Shown: positions 24,341 through 38,139, counted from the whole stretch's first letter. The stretch: 62,759 bases of DNA, filler included, from Basidiobolus ranarum (GCA_040143965.1; 44 parts of 44 records of this genome joined end to end with filler, not necessarily neighbours in it), one strand, 5' to 3'. The notes: a model not told the origin generated them from the letters alone. Numbers and translations: made by a program.

Positions 24341-24770
24341 ATCAATGCTAACTAGTCACCGGACCTTATCCAGTGACCCAATCATATGACTTATCACTTG
24401 ACTTACTATCTATTTTCTTATCCCTTCCATCAGATCATACGACCAATTACCTGATCATTATCCAATCAATATTAACCTCTGAGACATTTGCCTAGACACA
24501 AGTCAATATCAGTCACAATATTCGTAACCAATGATCATTCCCTGACAAGACCTCAGCTGATGCATGACTCGCTTATCTTTCTATCTATCCAATCACATTT
24601 TCTTTTATCAGAATTTGACATCTAATTTCTAGGTGCTGACTAATTCACTTTGCTATCAATAAATATAAATAAAGCAAACTGAACCATTTGATTTAGTATG
24701 AGTCTCAACAAATAAAGGGTCTCAACACCTCTCAGTGTTTCTCAACAAATTCAATATTCCCCTCTCATTT
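24341..24770. repeat. Interspersed repeat, probable LTR family E (reversed copy at 30058-30500)
   Basis: Two colinear copies, both on contigs that carry copia fragments. Confidence 0.6.
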
Positions 24771-24999
24771 CTATCCAAGCCTAGTAGCTACTAGCACCTA
24801 CAGACCACCAAGCCTAGCTGCCTGGCAAACTTACTCTCTACCATAACATAGTAACCTACTGCTATTCCCAAGACATATATTAGTTAGATCTGCTCTGCTT
24901 ATATATCCTGCTTAGACAGTTCTAAGATTCTGCACTTAACTGTTTCTTGGGTTCAGTAGAGTTCAAGACTTTTTATCCATTTTTCTCTTGGACACAACA

Positions 25000-25564
25000 T
25001 TCCTCACACAGAATTTGGGATATCTGCAATGGCTGATGTGTACCAGGCTTTGCTTGATAATCAAACTTGGATTTTAACCAACTTTCCTGATGATTGAAAA
25101 TCAATTGTCTGCCAATGGGTGTTTAAAGTTAAATACAACTCTGATGGCAATGTAGAAAGATATTTAGGCTAGATTAGTAGCCAAAGGCTATTCTCAAACA
25201 CCAGAAATATATTATACAAAAACTTTTGCTCCTGTAGTAAAGTTTGATTCAATTAGAGTGACTTTGGCAATTTCAGCTAAATATCCATTTATTAGACATC
25301 AAATGGATGCTAAAACTTCTTTTTTGAATGGTGAGCTTGCTGAGAAAGTCTATATAGACCAGCCAGATGGATTTGTGGACCCAGAAAATCATAAAAAAGT
25401 TTGCAGACCCTGGAAAAAACTCTAAGACTTTAAACAATCTCCAGGAGCTTGGAATAGCAAGATAGACACTCTTTTGGAAACACTCAAATACCAAAAGAGT
25501 AATGTTGACTATAGTACCTACTTCAGGCCAGATGAGACAAACCCAGTTTTATTAGCCTTTTATG
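25000..25564 (+). pseudogene. Copia RT fragment
   Basis: [34 protein letters not shown]. Confidence 0.9.
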
Positions 25565-25770
25565 TGTTAAAGTATTTGGGAGCCTGTTGGAAGTGGTTTG
25601 GAGAATTAGAGGAATTGGTGGTTTTCACTTATTGATTTATTGAGTAGAAAGTTGACATTTATAGGTTTGTNNNNNNNNNNNNNNNNNNNNNNNNNNNNNN
25701 NNNNNNNNNNNNNNTTAATTAATTAANNNNNNNNNNNNNNNNNNNNNNNNNNNNNNNNNNNNNNNNNNNN

Positions 25771-27099
25771 TTTGCTCCTGTAGCAAAGTTTAATTTCATC
25801 AGAACCATACTAGCAGTAGCAGCAAAACACAGCTTTAAAATCCATCAAATGGATGTTAAAGCTGCTTTTTTGAATGGGGACTTGGAAGAGGATGTATTCA
25901 TGGATCAAATAGATGGTTTTGTGGATCCTGAGCACCCTGACAATGTGTGTAAGCTACAAAAAGCACTTTATGGATGAACTTAAATATTTCTTGGGCCTGC
26001 AGATCCATACAGATATATAGAGCAAATCTATTACTCTGAATCAACCTAAATTCATCTCAGACATTCTCAGACATTACAGGATGGAGAATTATAAGCCAGT
26101 ACCAACCCTTGTGGATCCAAGTGTGAAACTAGTCCAAAAATCCCATCAAAAATGATGAAAATTGGCCAAACATGGCTTAAAATATGTCATTGGAAAGCTT
26201 GGAGTTCCCTCATTAATCTATGGCAGGTAGTTTGAGCTATGCTATGACTGGAACCTGCCAGATATCTCTTTAGCAGTGAGAGTAATTAGGCAACATGTGC
26301 TAAACCCAGGATCTGAGCATTATGCAGTAGTTAAGTGGATTTTCAGATATTTGAAGGGAAAAATTGATCTGGGATTAAGATACACACAATCTTGTGAGAA
26401 TAAGGATCTAATTGGATTCAGTGATGCAGATTGGGGATGTAATATTGAGGACAGAAGATCTATTACTGGATATACCTTTCTCTCTAGTGAAGCAGTCATA
26501 TCTTGGAATAGCAAGAAACAACCCACCATAGCACTTTCAACAACTGAAGCATGGTACATGGCTGCATCACATACAACAAAGGAGGCTATGTGGTTAAGGA
26601 AACTGCTCAAAGACTTGGGCATTTTCAAAGTTTACCCACCATAATTTTCAAGGATAATCAAAGTGGTATTTCTTTAGCTAAAAATCTCAAATTTCATGCC
26701 AGAAGTAAGCACATTGACATTCAACATCACTCTGTCAGGGAAGCTATTGAGAATAAGCTCATCCAACTAGAGTACTGTCCAGCTGAGGACATGATTGCTG
26801 ACATCATTACTAAACCATTACCCAAGCCAAATTTGAAGAAATAAGATTTAAGTTAGGATTAAGATGTATGAATATTTAGTTGAGTGGGAGTGTTGAAGTT
26901 TATTGTCTTTAACAGTTGTTATCTCTATCTTTATATACCTAACTATTTCATACATCACATATAAGTTAGTTAACATTACTTAGTCAAATAGCGCTTAATT
27001 GCAAATCAGAAGATATATCATATATATATATGAATAATGTCAGAGTTAGCAATTCCATATGGGAAGTTTCAAACTTGTCCAAATTGCCCCCAAGATAGC
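25771..27099 (+). mobile_element. Copia RT-RNase H remnant, PPT and 3' LTR B (from 26891)
   Basis: FSDADWG, SKHIDIQHH, ADIITKPLPK; GAGTGGGAG-TGTTG junction. Confidence 0.94.
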
Positions 27100-27199
27100 N
27101 NNNNNNNNNNNNNNNNNNNNNNNNNNNNNNNNNNNNNNNNNNNTTAATTAATTAANNNNNNNNNNNNNNNNNNNNNNNNNNNNNNNNNNNNNNNNNNNN

Positions 27200-27850
27200 C
27201 ACATCATTATTTTTTACCTTTGACTTTATAGGAGTTACAAAGACCGCTCATCCCTTGACGCGCACTACAAATGTGAGCCTCTTTTTAAAAACATATTTAC
27301 TTTTGGCATGCGTATAACTGATACCACATCATTATTTTTTACCTTTGACTTTATAGGAGTTACAAAGACCACTCATCCCTCAATGTGCACTACAAACATG
27401 AGTCTCTTTTTAAAAACATATTTACTTTTTGTGTGTGTATAACTTAGACCATGTTATGATATTTTTTACTTTTGAATTTAAAGGAGTTACAAAGACTTCT
27501 CATCCCTTGATGTGCACTACAAACATGAGTCTCTTTTTAAAAACATACTAACTTTTGGCATGCATATAACACATACCCTGTAATGATATTTCACTTTTGA
27601 CTTTATTGGTGTTACAAGATTATACATCTCTCAACATGCACTACAAATGTAAGCAGCTTTTTTATAAAAACCCGTTTACTTTTAGCACTTTTATAACAGA
27701 TACTATGTCTTTGTATTTTATTTCTGATTATGTAGGAGTTAAGAAGATCATAAATCATTAAATGTGCACTACAAATCTGATCAACTATATAAAACTTTAT
27801 TTTTTTGGCAAGCACAATACAATGACCATGTCATAATTTTGCTCTTCATG
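27200..27850. repeat. About 125-bp tandem repeat, about 5 diverging copies
   Basis: CACATCATT at 27200 and 27325; GCACTACAAA and GGAGTTACAAAG recur in each unit. Confidence 0.88.
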
Positions 27851-27902
27851 TGATGTTCTCAAACCTGAAAATATCTGAAGTTACTGAATTTCCATATTCA
27901 CT

Positions 27903-28084
27903 GGACTTATTCTTGTTGATAGTGCCAGATTGTGCTGTATATATCATATTGGATAAAGTATTCTAAAATTTATGCGGCACAATTTGGCACTCTCCATCAC
28001 CCTCTAGCATGATCAATTTCAATCACATTTACTCTAATATTTTGATTCAAGGTCCAATAAATCCTGGCACAATGGAACAAGTCC
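27903..28084. mobile_element. 182-bp MITE with GGACTT(G/A)TTC...GAACAAGTCC TIRs and ACT target-site duplication
   Basis: ACT at 27900-27902 and 28085-28087. Confidence 0.9.
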
Positions 28085-28628
28085 ACTATAATATGGTGAT
28101 GCAAGTAATTACTAATGATTAACATGGTGATTACACACAAGCCACTGCACATTACAATTACTTCAGAGAAATACAATGGCTATACTTTATGATAGCAGCT
28201 GACATGTCAACATTTACAAAGTAAACTACTGATGAAAGATGAGAGTAAAGATCATGGCTAGGTATGAGTGTTGATATGATGAAGTGTGAATCATTTCTGC
28301 CTTTGCTATATAACTATGGACATATCTTCTCAAAGATGATTTATTTAAAGGTTCAAGCAATATCATGCCACAAAAAAATCAAGATTGCTTCCCACATCTA
28401 CCTACTAGAAGAGGCAGAGGTAGTGTTCAAAGTGGGACAATAGCAAACCAACAGTCCCAAAACCCAGTGGTGCCTAATAAGAACCAAACTACCCATGCAT
28501 TGGGCACTGTAGAACAACTGGCTGCAAANNNNNNNNNNNNNNNNNNNNNNNNNNNNNNNNNNNNNNNNNNNNTTAATTAATTAANNNNNNNNNNNNNNNN
28601 NNNNNNNNNNNNNNNNNNNNNNNNNNNN

Positions 28629-29470
28629 TTTAAATCTAAATTAAAACTTAATTAAAAACCAAATTCGAATCTAAATTTAAAACTTTTAAAAATAATTTCG
28701 TAAAATATTATTTAGAACTTGATTTAAATCTAAATTAGAACTTAATTAGAAACCAAATTCGAATCTAAATTTAAAACTTTTTAAAATTATTTCGCAAAAT
28801 ATTTTTTTTAAACCCTAATTATGATCTAACTTAGAACTCTCTCACAGACTTGATTTAAAACTTTTTAAATTTATTTCGCAAAATATCTTTTTTAAACCCT
28901 AATTATAATCTAACTTAGAACTCTCTCACAAACCCAATTTAAAACTTTCTAAATTTATTTCGCAACAAGTTTATTTTAGAACCCAATTAGAATCTAACTT
29001 AGAACTTAATTTAAAACTCTCTCACAGACTAGATTTAAAACTTTTTTAAAATTATTTCGCAAAATATCTCTTTTAAACCCTAACTATGATCTAAATTAAA
29101 ACTTAATTAGAAACCAAATTCGGATCTTAATTTAAAACTTTTTTAAAACTCTCTCACAGACCAGATTTAAAACTTTTTAAAATTATTTCGCAAAATATCT
29201 CTTTTAAACCCTAACTATGATCTAAATTAAAACTTAATTAGAAACCAAATTCGGATCTTAATTTAAAACTTTTTAAAATTATTTCGCAACAAACTTTAAT
29301 TAGAACCTAATTAGGAGCTTAAATGTAAATCTAATTCGAGACCAAATTCGAATCTTAATTTAAATCTTCTTCGCAAAATATCTCCTTTAAACCCTGATTA
29401 AATTCCAACTTAAAACTTAATTTAAAACTCTCTCACAAACCCGATTTAAAACTTTCTAAATTTATTTTAT
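28629..29470. repeat. Complex AT-rich modular repeat array
   Basis: Shuffled modules TTTCGCAAAATA, AAACCCTAA, CTCTCTCACA, CCAAATTCG(A/G)ATCT, ATTTAAAACTTT. Confidence 0.9.
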
Positions 29471-29685
29471 ACAAAACTAAATATTTCAGATTAAATACAT
29501 TATTCACATAATTGTATCCCACCATTTTAAATATAAACATGGTATTACTACAAAAATACTTCAGATTAACTATTATTACGACGAATACATCTACTTACAA
29601 AAATCGTCGAGGCTAAAAAAATTATTAATTACATTAAACTATATACAAATTTATAAAACATCCAAATGTCTTAACAACGTTAATC

Positions 29686-29957
29686 TTATATCCCAATAGA
29701 CCTTTTTACTTTCCCCACTAAACTATAATATGTATAAGGTATTAGATAATCTTTAACCAATGGAACAACACCTTCTGAATTCGCAACTAATGTATAAATC
29801 TCATTGGATATTATATCCAAATGGTCAACAGGTAACATATTACGAGTAGCAACGTAAATATTCTCTTTTGAAATTTTTGTGTTAGAAACAGATTCTCCCA
29901 CTTTAGATGTCGGTTTGTCTTCATGAACATACTTTCCCGAAAAAGCAAAAACTTGTT
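29686..29957 (-). CDS. C-terminus of an unknown AT-rich ORF, open to the contig edge
   Basis: QVFAFSGKYVHEDKPTSKVGESVSN...LVGKVKRSIGI*; no stop up to the linker. Confidence 0.45.
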
Positions 29958-30529
29958 NNNNNNNNNNNNNNNNNNNNNNNNNNNNNNNNNNNNNNNNNNN
30001 NTTAATTAATTAANNNNNNNNNNNNNNNNNNNNNNNNNNNNNNNNNNNNNNNNNNNNGGGAACATTGAATTTGTTGAGGAACACTGAGAAGTGTTGAGAT
30101 CCTATATTTGTTGAGACACACACTAAACCAAAAGGTTCAGTTAGCTTTATTTATACTTTTTGATAGTAAAGTGAATTAGTCAGCGCCAAGATATTAGATG
30201 ACTAGTTCTGATAGAAGAAAATGTGATTCGATAGATAGATAGATAGATAAGTGAGTCATGCATCAGCTGAAGTCTTGGCAGTGAAAGATCATTGGTTATG
30301 AATCTTGTGACTCAAATTGACTTTTATCTAGGCAGATAACTCAGAGGTTAATACTGATTGGATAATGATCATGTGATAGGTCATATTATCTGATAGAAGG
30401 GATAAGCAAATAGATAGTTAGTCAGGTGATAGGTCACATGATAAAGTCACTGGATAAGGTCAGGTGACTAGTTAGCAATGTTGATAAACTAACCAGATAT
30501 TCATGCAAGTTGTTTAGATATGGCGTAAG

Positions 30530-31386
30530 TTAAACAACGTTGTATGTTGGTGCTAAACAACTCCCACAGCTGAAGAGATAGACAGGAAAATCTGGCATAG
30601 GAGATTGGGTCATCTAGGAGCTGAAAAATGACAAATTGAATCAAAAACAAGATGGTTTTGGGACTAAATTTTGTAATTCCACCATATCTGGAGCTATGTG
30701 AAGGTTTCATATATGGTAGGCAACACAGACAGCCATTTGTGGGCTCTGGAATGAGCAAACTTGATTAAAAAGATCTGTGTAGCCCAATGCAGACAAAATC
30801 CTTAGGTGGAAAAAGGTTTTTTTTGACCTTTATTGATTGTTAGATAAAGTATACTTGGGTGTACTTTCTGGCCTGTAAGGATGAAGCGTTTGATATCTTC
30901 AAGAAATTCAAAGTAATGGTGGAGACTGAAACAGGTCCAAAGATTAAGATCATTCATACTGATAATTGAGGGGAATATACCTCAAGACTCTTCTCTAACT
31001 TCTGCACATGGGATAAAACAGCAGACTATAGTGCCCTGTTCTCCACAGCAGGATGGAGTAGCAGAAAATGCAAACAGATCAATAATGGAAATGTCAGGAT
31101 CAATGCTTCATGATCCAGATTTGCCAAAACAGTTCTGTGCTGAATTGGTTGCAACTGCAGTCTATATAAGGAATAGATGTTCTTCTAGGTCTCTATTAGC
31201 TATGATACCTTGTCAAGCTTGGTTTGGAAGTAAACCTGATGTGGCTAATCTCAGAGTTTTTGGAAATACTGTATTTGCAATGATTCCAGACCAGAAGAGA
31301 TCAAAATTAGACCAAAAAGCCAGAAATGTCTTTTTTTGGGACATTAGAATGAAACAAAAGGGTACAGACTATATGACACTGAAAAT
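30530..31386 (+). pseudogene. Copia GAG-pre-integrase and integrase fragment
   Basis: DLCSPMQTKSLGGK, PQQDGVAENANR, LRVFG. Confidence 0.92.
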
Positions 31387-32211
31387 NNNNNNNNNNNNNN
31401 NNNNNNNNNNNNNNNNNNNNNNNNNNNNNNTTAATTAATTAANNNNNNNNNNNNNNNNNNNNNNNNNNNNNNNNNNNNNNNNNNNNTTTTCCTTAATCAG
31501 ATCTCAGTCTGATCAATGCCCATCATCAATAAAGATTCTTGCCAAAGTATCTTCCCTGTCCAGTCTTGTCTTGTCTTGTGGTGTACACCCTAGTATTCTC
31601 CTGCCTTCTAGCCTCATGTTGTTGCTTCCAGTCCTTGTCCAGATCCTTATTGCAACATTTAGTATAGTTTAGATTTGTTCACATTTAGGTAGATATTATA
31701 AAATATTCTTCCATTTTAAACTTCTTTAGTATATCTAAGATATATAGACCAGTTCAAAGTTACTATTCTGGTAGTTTTATTTTTCACAACATGGATTCTC
31801 AAATAAGAAGTCTGTTAACCAAGATCAGTCATATGGAATTTGCCAGAAAAGCTGGACTTGATTGTCTCCAAAGTCTTTAAATCATTAGTAGCTCTCTTGA
31901 GGTCATCTACATACAATGATGATAAAATCAGGCTTTTTATCTGGCCTGAAGTAGATACTAAAGTAACATTATTCTTTTGGAATACTGGAGTTTCCTGCAA
32001 AGTGCATGTCCTACTGTTGGAAGATATTACATATCTTTTGAACCCTTAAGCCTGTTACACAGTCTGAAAGCTTTTTTAGGGTTATCTTGGTCTCTAAATT
32101 CATCTCTCTAATCAAAATAGACCTCACCAGGATGATCACCATTTAAATAATCCATTTTAACATCTATTTGATGTATAATAAGTGGGGATTTCCTACACTT
32201 GATAAATACAG

Positions 32212-32706
32212 CCCTAACAGATATTTGAACATTGTTATTGTAGGAAAACCATCACAATTTTAATCCATTTTGGGTTGACTATTTACTTGCCATCATAAAA
32301 TTGTAAAGCTGGATTTGATTTTAATCAACTTTTTTAGTTTCAGGAGTGAAATTTCAAGATCTTGCCAAATAGTTGTACATGATTGGCTGCAATCTCAGAG
32401 AACTATGGAGCAACACATGTGCAAAAATGTAACTCAAATTTTACACATGTACCACTTGATGCTAATTAGTCACCTTTGAAATGCCTAGTTTCTTTGCTAT
32501 ATTATCCTGAATATTTTTGTACAGTTCTTCATACCCAAGGTTTAGCACATATCCAACACAAGTTTGTATCAATATCTCCATCAAGCCTCACCATTGTATT
32601 AATGTTGCTAAATCAACATTCTTCTAGCCATCAGGTGGATACCCTGTAATATTGTGCCACTGTGTATTAGGTTTTTCCCAGATGTCTGCATGGTCAACAC
32701 CACACT
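32212..32706. mobile_element. CMC terminus B and ORF2 3' end, interrupted by LTR B near 32707
   Basis: CCCTAACAGATATTTG start; TGTTGAAGTTTATTG junction. Confidence 0.8.
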
Positions 32707-33363
32707 TGTTGAAGTTTATTGTCTTTATCATATATGTTATCCCTATCTTTATACACCTAACTATTTCATATATCACATATTAGTTAGTCAACATTATTTA
32801 GTCAAATATCACTTNNNNNNNNNNNNNNNNNNNNNNNNNNNNNNNNNNNNNNNNNNNNTTAATTAATTAANNNNNNNNNNNNNNNNNNNNNNNNNNNNNN
32901 NNNNNNNNNNNNNNACCTATAATCAAGATTTACAATAATTCAACCTATAATCAAGATATTGATATCACCTTCAGTTCTTACATGTCAAGATTTGCACATC
33001 AAAAGTTTTCACCTGAACCCAATGCTGATCATTTGAATATATACTAGATGCCATGCTAAAATACAAAGAGATATCAAGAAGCAAGGGAAAGGGTCATCTA
33101 TTCTACATCGTATACTGAACTTTACCTAGCCTCACTAGTCATTTCCTGTGGATATTGAACATATGCGCACATTAAATGGCAAGAATCAAAGGAAATTTAC
33201 TTGATCCAATTTATTCATCTAATAGTATGTTGGGTGAGTGTATATCAATAGAGTCGAACATGGGACCGAAAAGAAGGAATTAAAGGAAGGCCAGGGAAAA
33301 CAAGAGAAGGGAACGGGAACGGGAAAAGAATTTCTCAATAGATATCTCAAGGTAGTAAATGAT

Positions 33364-34242
33364 CTAATTGGATTCATGTAATTCATTCTCACTTTCCACT
33401 CTTTGTTGTTTCATGAATTCAGTAACGGCACCTTGATATAATTCATCGTTTAAATTTCTAACTCTCTGGTAATGTTCATGAATACGAACAAGTTCCCCTT
33501 GTAACTGAGTGATTTGATCACGTAGATGGTCTTGAGTACCTTGACGCTAGTTTGGTTTAGTATGCTGTGAAGAGAAGGTACATGTGGATGTGGATGAGGA
33601 TGAGGATGAATTACCTGTTGATCACGTAAAGTTTCTCGGGCATGGCTCAGGTCAACCGAGTATGGGATATTCCATTCTTCATAAGTGACTTGTCTCTCAA
33701 GAAGTTCCTTATCCTAATGTAGATTCCTGATGAGTGATGAACATTCGAGTGCGTTTAAATCAATCAATCTATTACCTCCTTGGTTCCAGGTAGGTAACGG
33801 TGGATACCATCCTCTAGCTTGAATTCTTGAGAAGCTTTTTGAATTCTTTTGAATGGTTGAATTGGTGTTGGGAATACTGTAGTGTTGGTTGAACTCATGA
33901 GATCCATAGGCTTGAGGATAACCGACACGTTGGTGATGGGTCCTATGTATGGGAGGATTTGCTTAGTATCGGTGGCAAAGAGAGGAGATTGAAATTCACA
34001 AACCTTTATGCTGTGTGAAAGATCTAATCATTTGACGACTAGTAACGTCCCAAACCATGGCTGAACCATCTTCCGATCCAGAGATTAACAGAGTCCCATC
34101 AAAGGACAGTGCAAGAGATTGAGCCGGTTCACTAGAAAATCATATTTAGAGATGGGAATCGGATTTTCCATCTTTAGGGTTTCTTTACTTACGTGTGTCC
34201 TTTGAATATCAAGCTTGGCTCACCACTGATTCCGGTGCTAAC
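33364..34242 (-). CDS. 3' part of a multi-exon WD40 gene, Ipi3/WDR18-like (pre-rRNA processing)
   Basis: Exons SLALSFDGTLLISGSEDGSAMVWDVTSRQMIRSF..KG / PITNVSV..P..PFKR / C-terminal coiled coil, with GT-AG introns. Confidence 0.8.
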
Positions 34243-34342
34243 NNNNNNNNNNNNNNNNNNNNNNNNNNNNNNNNNNNNNNNNNNNNTTAATTAATTAANN
34301 NNNNNNNNNNNNNNNNNNNNNNNNNNNNNNNNNNNNNNNNNN

Positions 34343-34498
34343 GGTCTCCACACCACACTTAGTCTTAACCCAGTCGTCATTAACACAACGAACGATGGTA
34401 CGGTCATCCTCAGAGGAGCACTTGCTCTCCATATGTGTACATGCCATCACTGTCCGACTAATGAGAGCGAGAGTTATAAGAGTAGCGTAAAATTTCAT
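34343..34498 (-). CDS. Secreted Cys-rich protein, CBM19-like (chitin-binding), copy 1, truncated
   Basis: Signal-like MKFYATLITLALISRTVMA then C-x6-C-x10-C-x4-W-x4-C. Confidence 0.7.
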
Positions 34499-35498
34499 AG
34501 TTGCCAATGAATGCTAATGATATATGAGTATTACCGTTTAGATGATTGATGAGTGTATAGTTGATGAATTGAGTGTTATGTTCATTAGTAATTATCCTCT
34601 TATATATATCATCGAGATGAAGATTCCCGCATTTTGTGATTCTAACAGTCAGAGAACGATGCAATGTGGATATGTATACAGTAAGTGCATATACATTGAG
34701 GCACCAATAAATATCAGTGAAATTCATGTATGGGATACAAAATGCACGGTAAAGAATGTAGGGAGGTACAACACGACATGCTACCCTCAAAATGTTTGTC
34801 ACTCAAGAGTAAATTTGAAAGACTGAAGTCAATCGACAACATAACTTCGTAATATCGCATCAATGATACTTGTATTCAAATACACTATATTGTATTATAG
34901 TTCCTGAAGACTGGTACGATACCCGCATCAAAATTGTTAGAAGTAATGGATAGTATATTAAAGATCGCCAAGAAGGAGTTAGTAAGCATGTAAAACTGTT
35001 TACCCTTTACAAGAATATCGTACACGGATATGATTTGAGCTTATTTTTGGTACTTCAACTGGGTTATATATAATATTGCTCATCATCTTGAAGAAAATTT
35101 TATTTCAACATATGCCTATGTCTAAGTCACATGTTTAATGATGGTGACTCTCTTAATGATGTTCTTCTCAGTCTATTAAACCATACAAATGTTACTATTT
35201 GTTAATCCATCATATATTGAAGATTTTAATTGGGTCAAGCAATGGTGTAGATCCATGTCTTGACAGTTGGGTGCGGTTATCATTAATTTTGTGTTCTTTT
35301 ATGCATTGATACCCCTTGAACTTTAATTCAGGGCAATATAACGTGTTATGGCATCAGTGCAGCAAGCAAAAATAAGCAACAGACATGAACACTGTGCGTA
35401 CTCCTGTCACGTATGCCAACTTGTTCGAAAGAGAAGTAAAAAAGGTATAAATATCCTGTCAATGAGTACTAATAGATAACTATCCCAAGTCGATACAA

Positions 35499-35670
35499 AT
35501 GAAGTTCTACGCTACTCTAATTGTCCTCGCATTTTTCAGTCAGGCCGTAATGGCATGTACGCATATGGAGAGCAAGTGCTCCTCTGAGGATGACCGTACC
35601 ATTGTTCGTTGTGTCAATGACGACTGGGTTAAGACCATGTGCGGTGAAGAGACTGTTTGTCGTGAGAAGG
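35499..35670 (+). CDS. Secreted Cys-rich protein, CBM19-like, copy 2, divergently oriented; TATAAATA about 50 nt upstream
   Basis: Near-identical mature region ACTHMESKCSSEDDRTIVRCVNDDWVKT. Confidence 0.72.
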
Positions 35671-35917
35671 NNNNNNNNNNNNNNNNNNNNNNNNNNNNNN
35701 NNNNNNNNNNNNNNTTAATTAATTAANNNNNNNNNNNNNNNNNNNNNNNNNNNNNNNNNNNNNNNNNNNNCAAAATGTATAAATGCTTAATTTCTGGTCA
35801 ATAAATAATTATCTCACAAAGCTATTCACAACTCCACTTTTCTAAAGTTCCTCCAAACAGCCCATATTTTCCCAATAATTTCAGCCTGGATAGACTTCAC
35901 TACAGTTCCAACACTTA

Positions 35918-36910
35918 CTCTAACAGAAATTTGAGGATTATTGCTGTGAGGAAATCATTAAAATATAACCCTTTTGAATTTACTATTTACTGACCATCAT
36001 AAAATTGTGAAGATAGATTTGACTTTAAATAATTTTTTCAGTTTCAGGAGTGAAATTTTAAAATCTTGCAAATAGTTGCACATAATTGGCTACAATCTCA
36101 GAAAGCTATAGATCAACATGTGTGCCAAAAAGATAACTCAATTTTTACGCATTTACTACTTGAATGCTAATTTGTGACCTTTGAAATCCCTAGTTTCTTT
36201 GATATATTCCCCTAAATATTTTTATAGAATTCTTCATACCAAACATTTAGCTCACATCCAACACAAGTTTGTATCAATATCTCCATCAGAGCTCACCATA
36301 GTATTAAAGTTGTTGAATCAACATTCTTCCAGTTATCTGGTAGATACCCTGCAATATTGTGCCACTTTATATTAAGTTCTTCCCAGATATCTACATGGCC
36401 AACACCAGATTGAATGTCAAATTGAATGTTCTTCTTAAGCAACTTTCTGCATACTTGCACTGCATTTTTCCCTGCATAATTTTGAAAATACTCTTCAAAC
36501 ACTATTACCATTTTTATCAATACTTGTAGTGTGACACTACTCAGTATGCATTATTGTGTTTGGGTGGTTTTTTGCTTGACTTCATGGTTGGGGCTGATTG
36601 CAACACTTTGAAATGCATCAGTTGTGGTGGAGAGCCATGAGCTTTATTTGCTGGTGTTTTGGCATGTTGAGAGGTACCAGGTGTTGTATAAACTTCCCAA
36701 TTTAACACTCTTCCAATTGTTGTACTTGGTTGCTGATAAAAATAAAATCAATCTGTTCTAGGAGCAACAGCAGGACTGACATTCAGAGTCTTTTGGTTTA
36801 CTGGTTTTCCTATGAGATTTATACTTTCATGTGCCTAAGCAATTTTGGGTCATTGTATAGGCTTAATAGTCCAGCACATATTCTACTCTGCTAGATTGTC
36901 ATGGTGACAT
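35918..36910 (-). mobile_element. CMC terminus B and internally deleted ORF2
   Basis: FEEYFQNYAGKNAVQVCRK homologous to about 44727. Confidence 0.8.
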
Positions 36911-37198
36911 GCATGTCCATTAGAACTCAATAATACTCTGTACTGTAAGATACTCAATGATAAGGGATATGTTTCAAAGGTCTCCTTGAAGAAAACCCTT
37001 CCTATCAGATGCTAACAATTCAGCTACCGTAATCTATGTGTTATTCCAGTTTAAGTGCTTCTTATATTTTGATCAATTGCATAGTGGGAGTGTCTATTNN
37101 NNNNNNNNNNNNNNNNNNNNNNNNNNNNNNNNNNNNNNNNNNTTAATTAATTAANNNNNNNNNNNNNNNNNNNNNNNNNNNNNNNNNNNNNNNNNNNN

Positions 37199-38139
37199 AG
37201 CTACCCATTAGGCAGTAAGCACTTACTATTCAACAACATTCCAATACTACTACTCAGCTATATAGTGGAAATTTCAATATGAATGAGCCATTTGAGATAG
37301 GAACAAAGTTTGAATCAGTTGGGAAAATGCTTGATTACATCAAGATACCATCATATTTCCGAGGACTCCCATCAGTATCCACTCATCTAGGCTTTTGCTC
37401 AAGTGCAATGACTGGAAGTATTGGATTTGTATATATTCAAGTGAAATTTTGGAAAGATTTCTGCCTGATAAATATTGGCAACATTGGGAGTTGTTAGTTG
37501 ATGTTGTTAAGACATTCTTATGGCATCAACTTATATTGGCAGATCTCAGGCGGATACAGCAACTGTGCAAAGATTCTGTAATTGGACATGTAAGACTTTC
37601 TTACAGGTTTAATATGCCTAAATGATGCTCCATGTGAAATTGTCAATATTGCTGTATGCTAAGAGCTGGTGCTATTCAAAATTTCAGATGTTTAGCACTT
37701 TTTCCACAATTAGTTTGCTGGTAAAGTGTATTGATGGTGTAGAGTTATGTCTGGTCAGTCAAGTATGTGCATATGTAGAGACTAAATCCAACAAGAATTT
37801 GGTATTTTTTTATTCTCATTATCACTTGAATACAAAGCCTAAAATATCCAAATAAGGGCATGCAAATTAATTCAAATTCCTACAGCATTAAACCTAGTTA
37901 TTTGCTATTTGAAAATTAGATTTTTGAAAAATTGTCAGAAATTAAATAAAGCATCCCAAGTTTGAGGATCAATATTTTAACATGTTTGAATACCCTCAAA
38001 ACACCATCAAGAAACCACCATCACACCATTAGAATCCCAGGCAGATTGCAAGCCACTGGTAATGTCACAGCTCTCTGATGGTATTGCAATCCAGAAGGGC
38101 AGATTCAATCTGGATCAAATCAATTTTATTTTTGTTAGT
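37199..38139 (+). mobile_element. CMC transposase 3' part running into terminus A
   Basis: HLLFNNI...DWKYWICIYS...YWQHWELLVD; ends ATTTTTGTTAGTG. Confidence 0.82.

Noticed and set aside
27263-27272. CACTACAAA in the 125-bp repeat as CACTA TIRs
   Set aside because: Internal to tandem units, all in one orientation, with no inverted partner.
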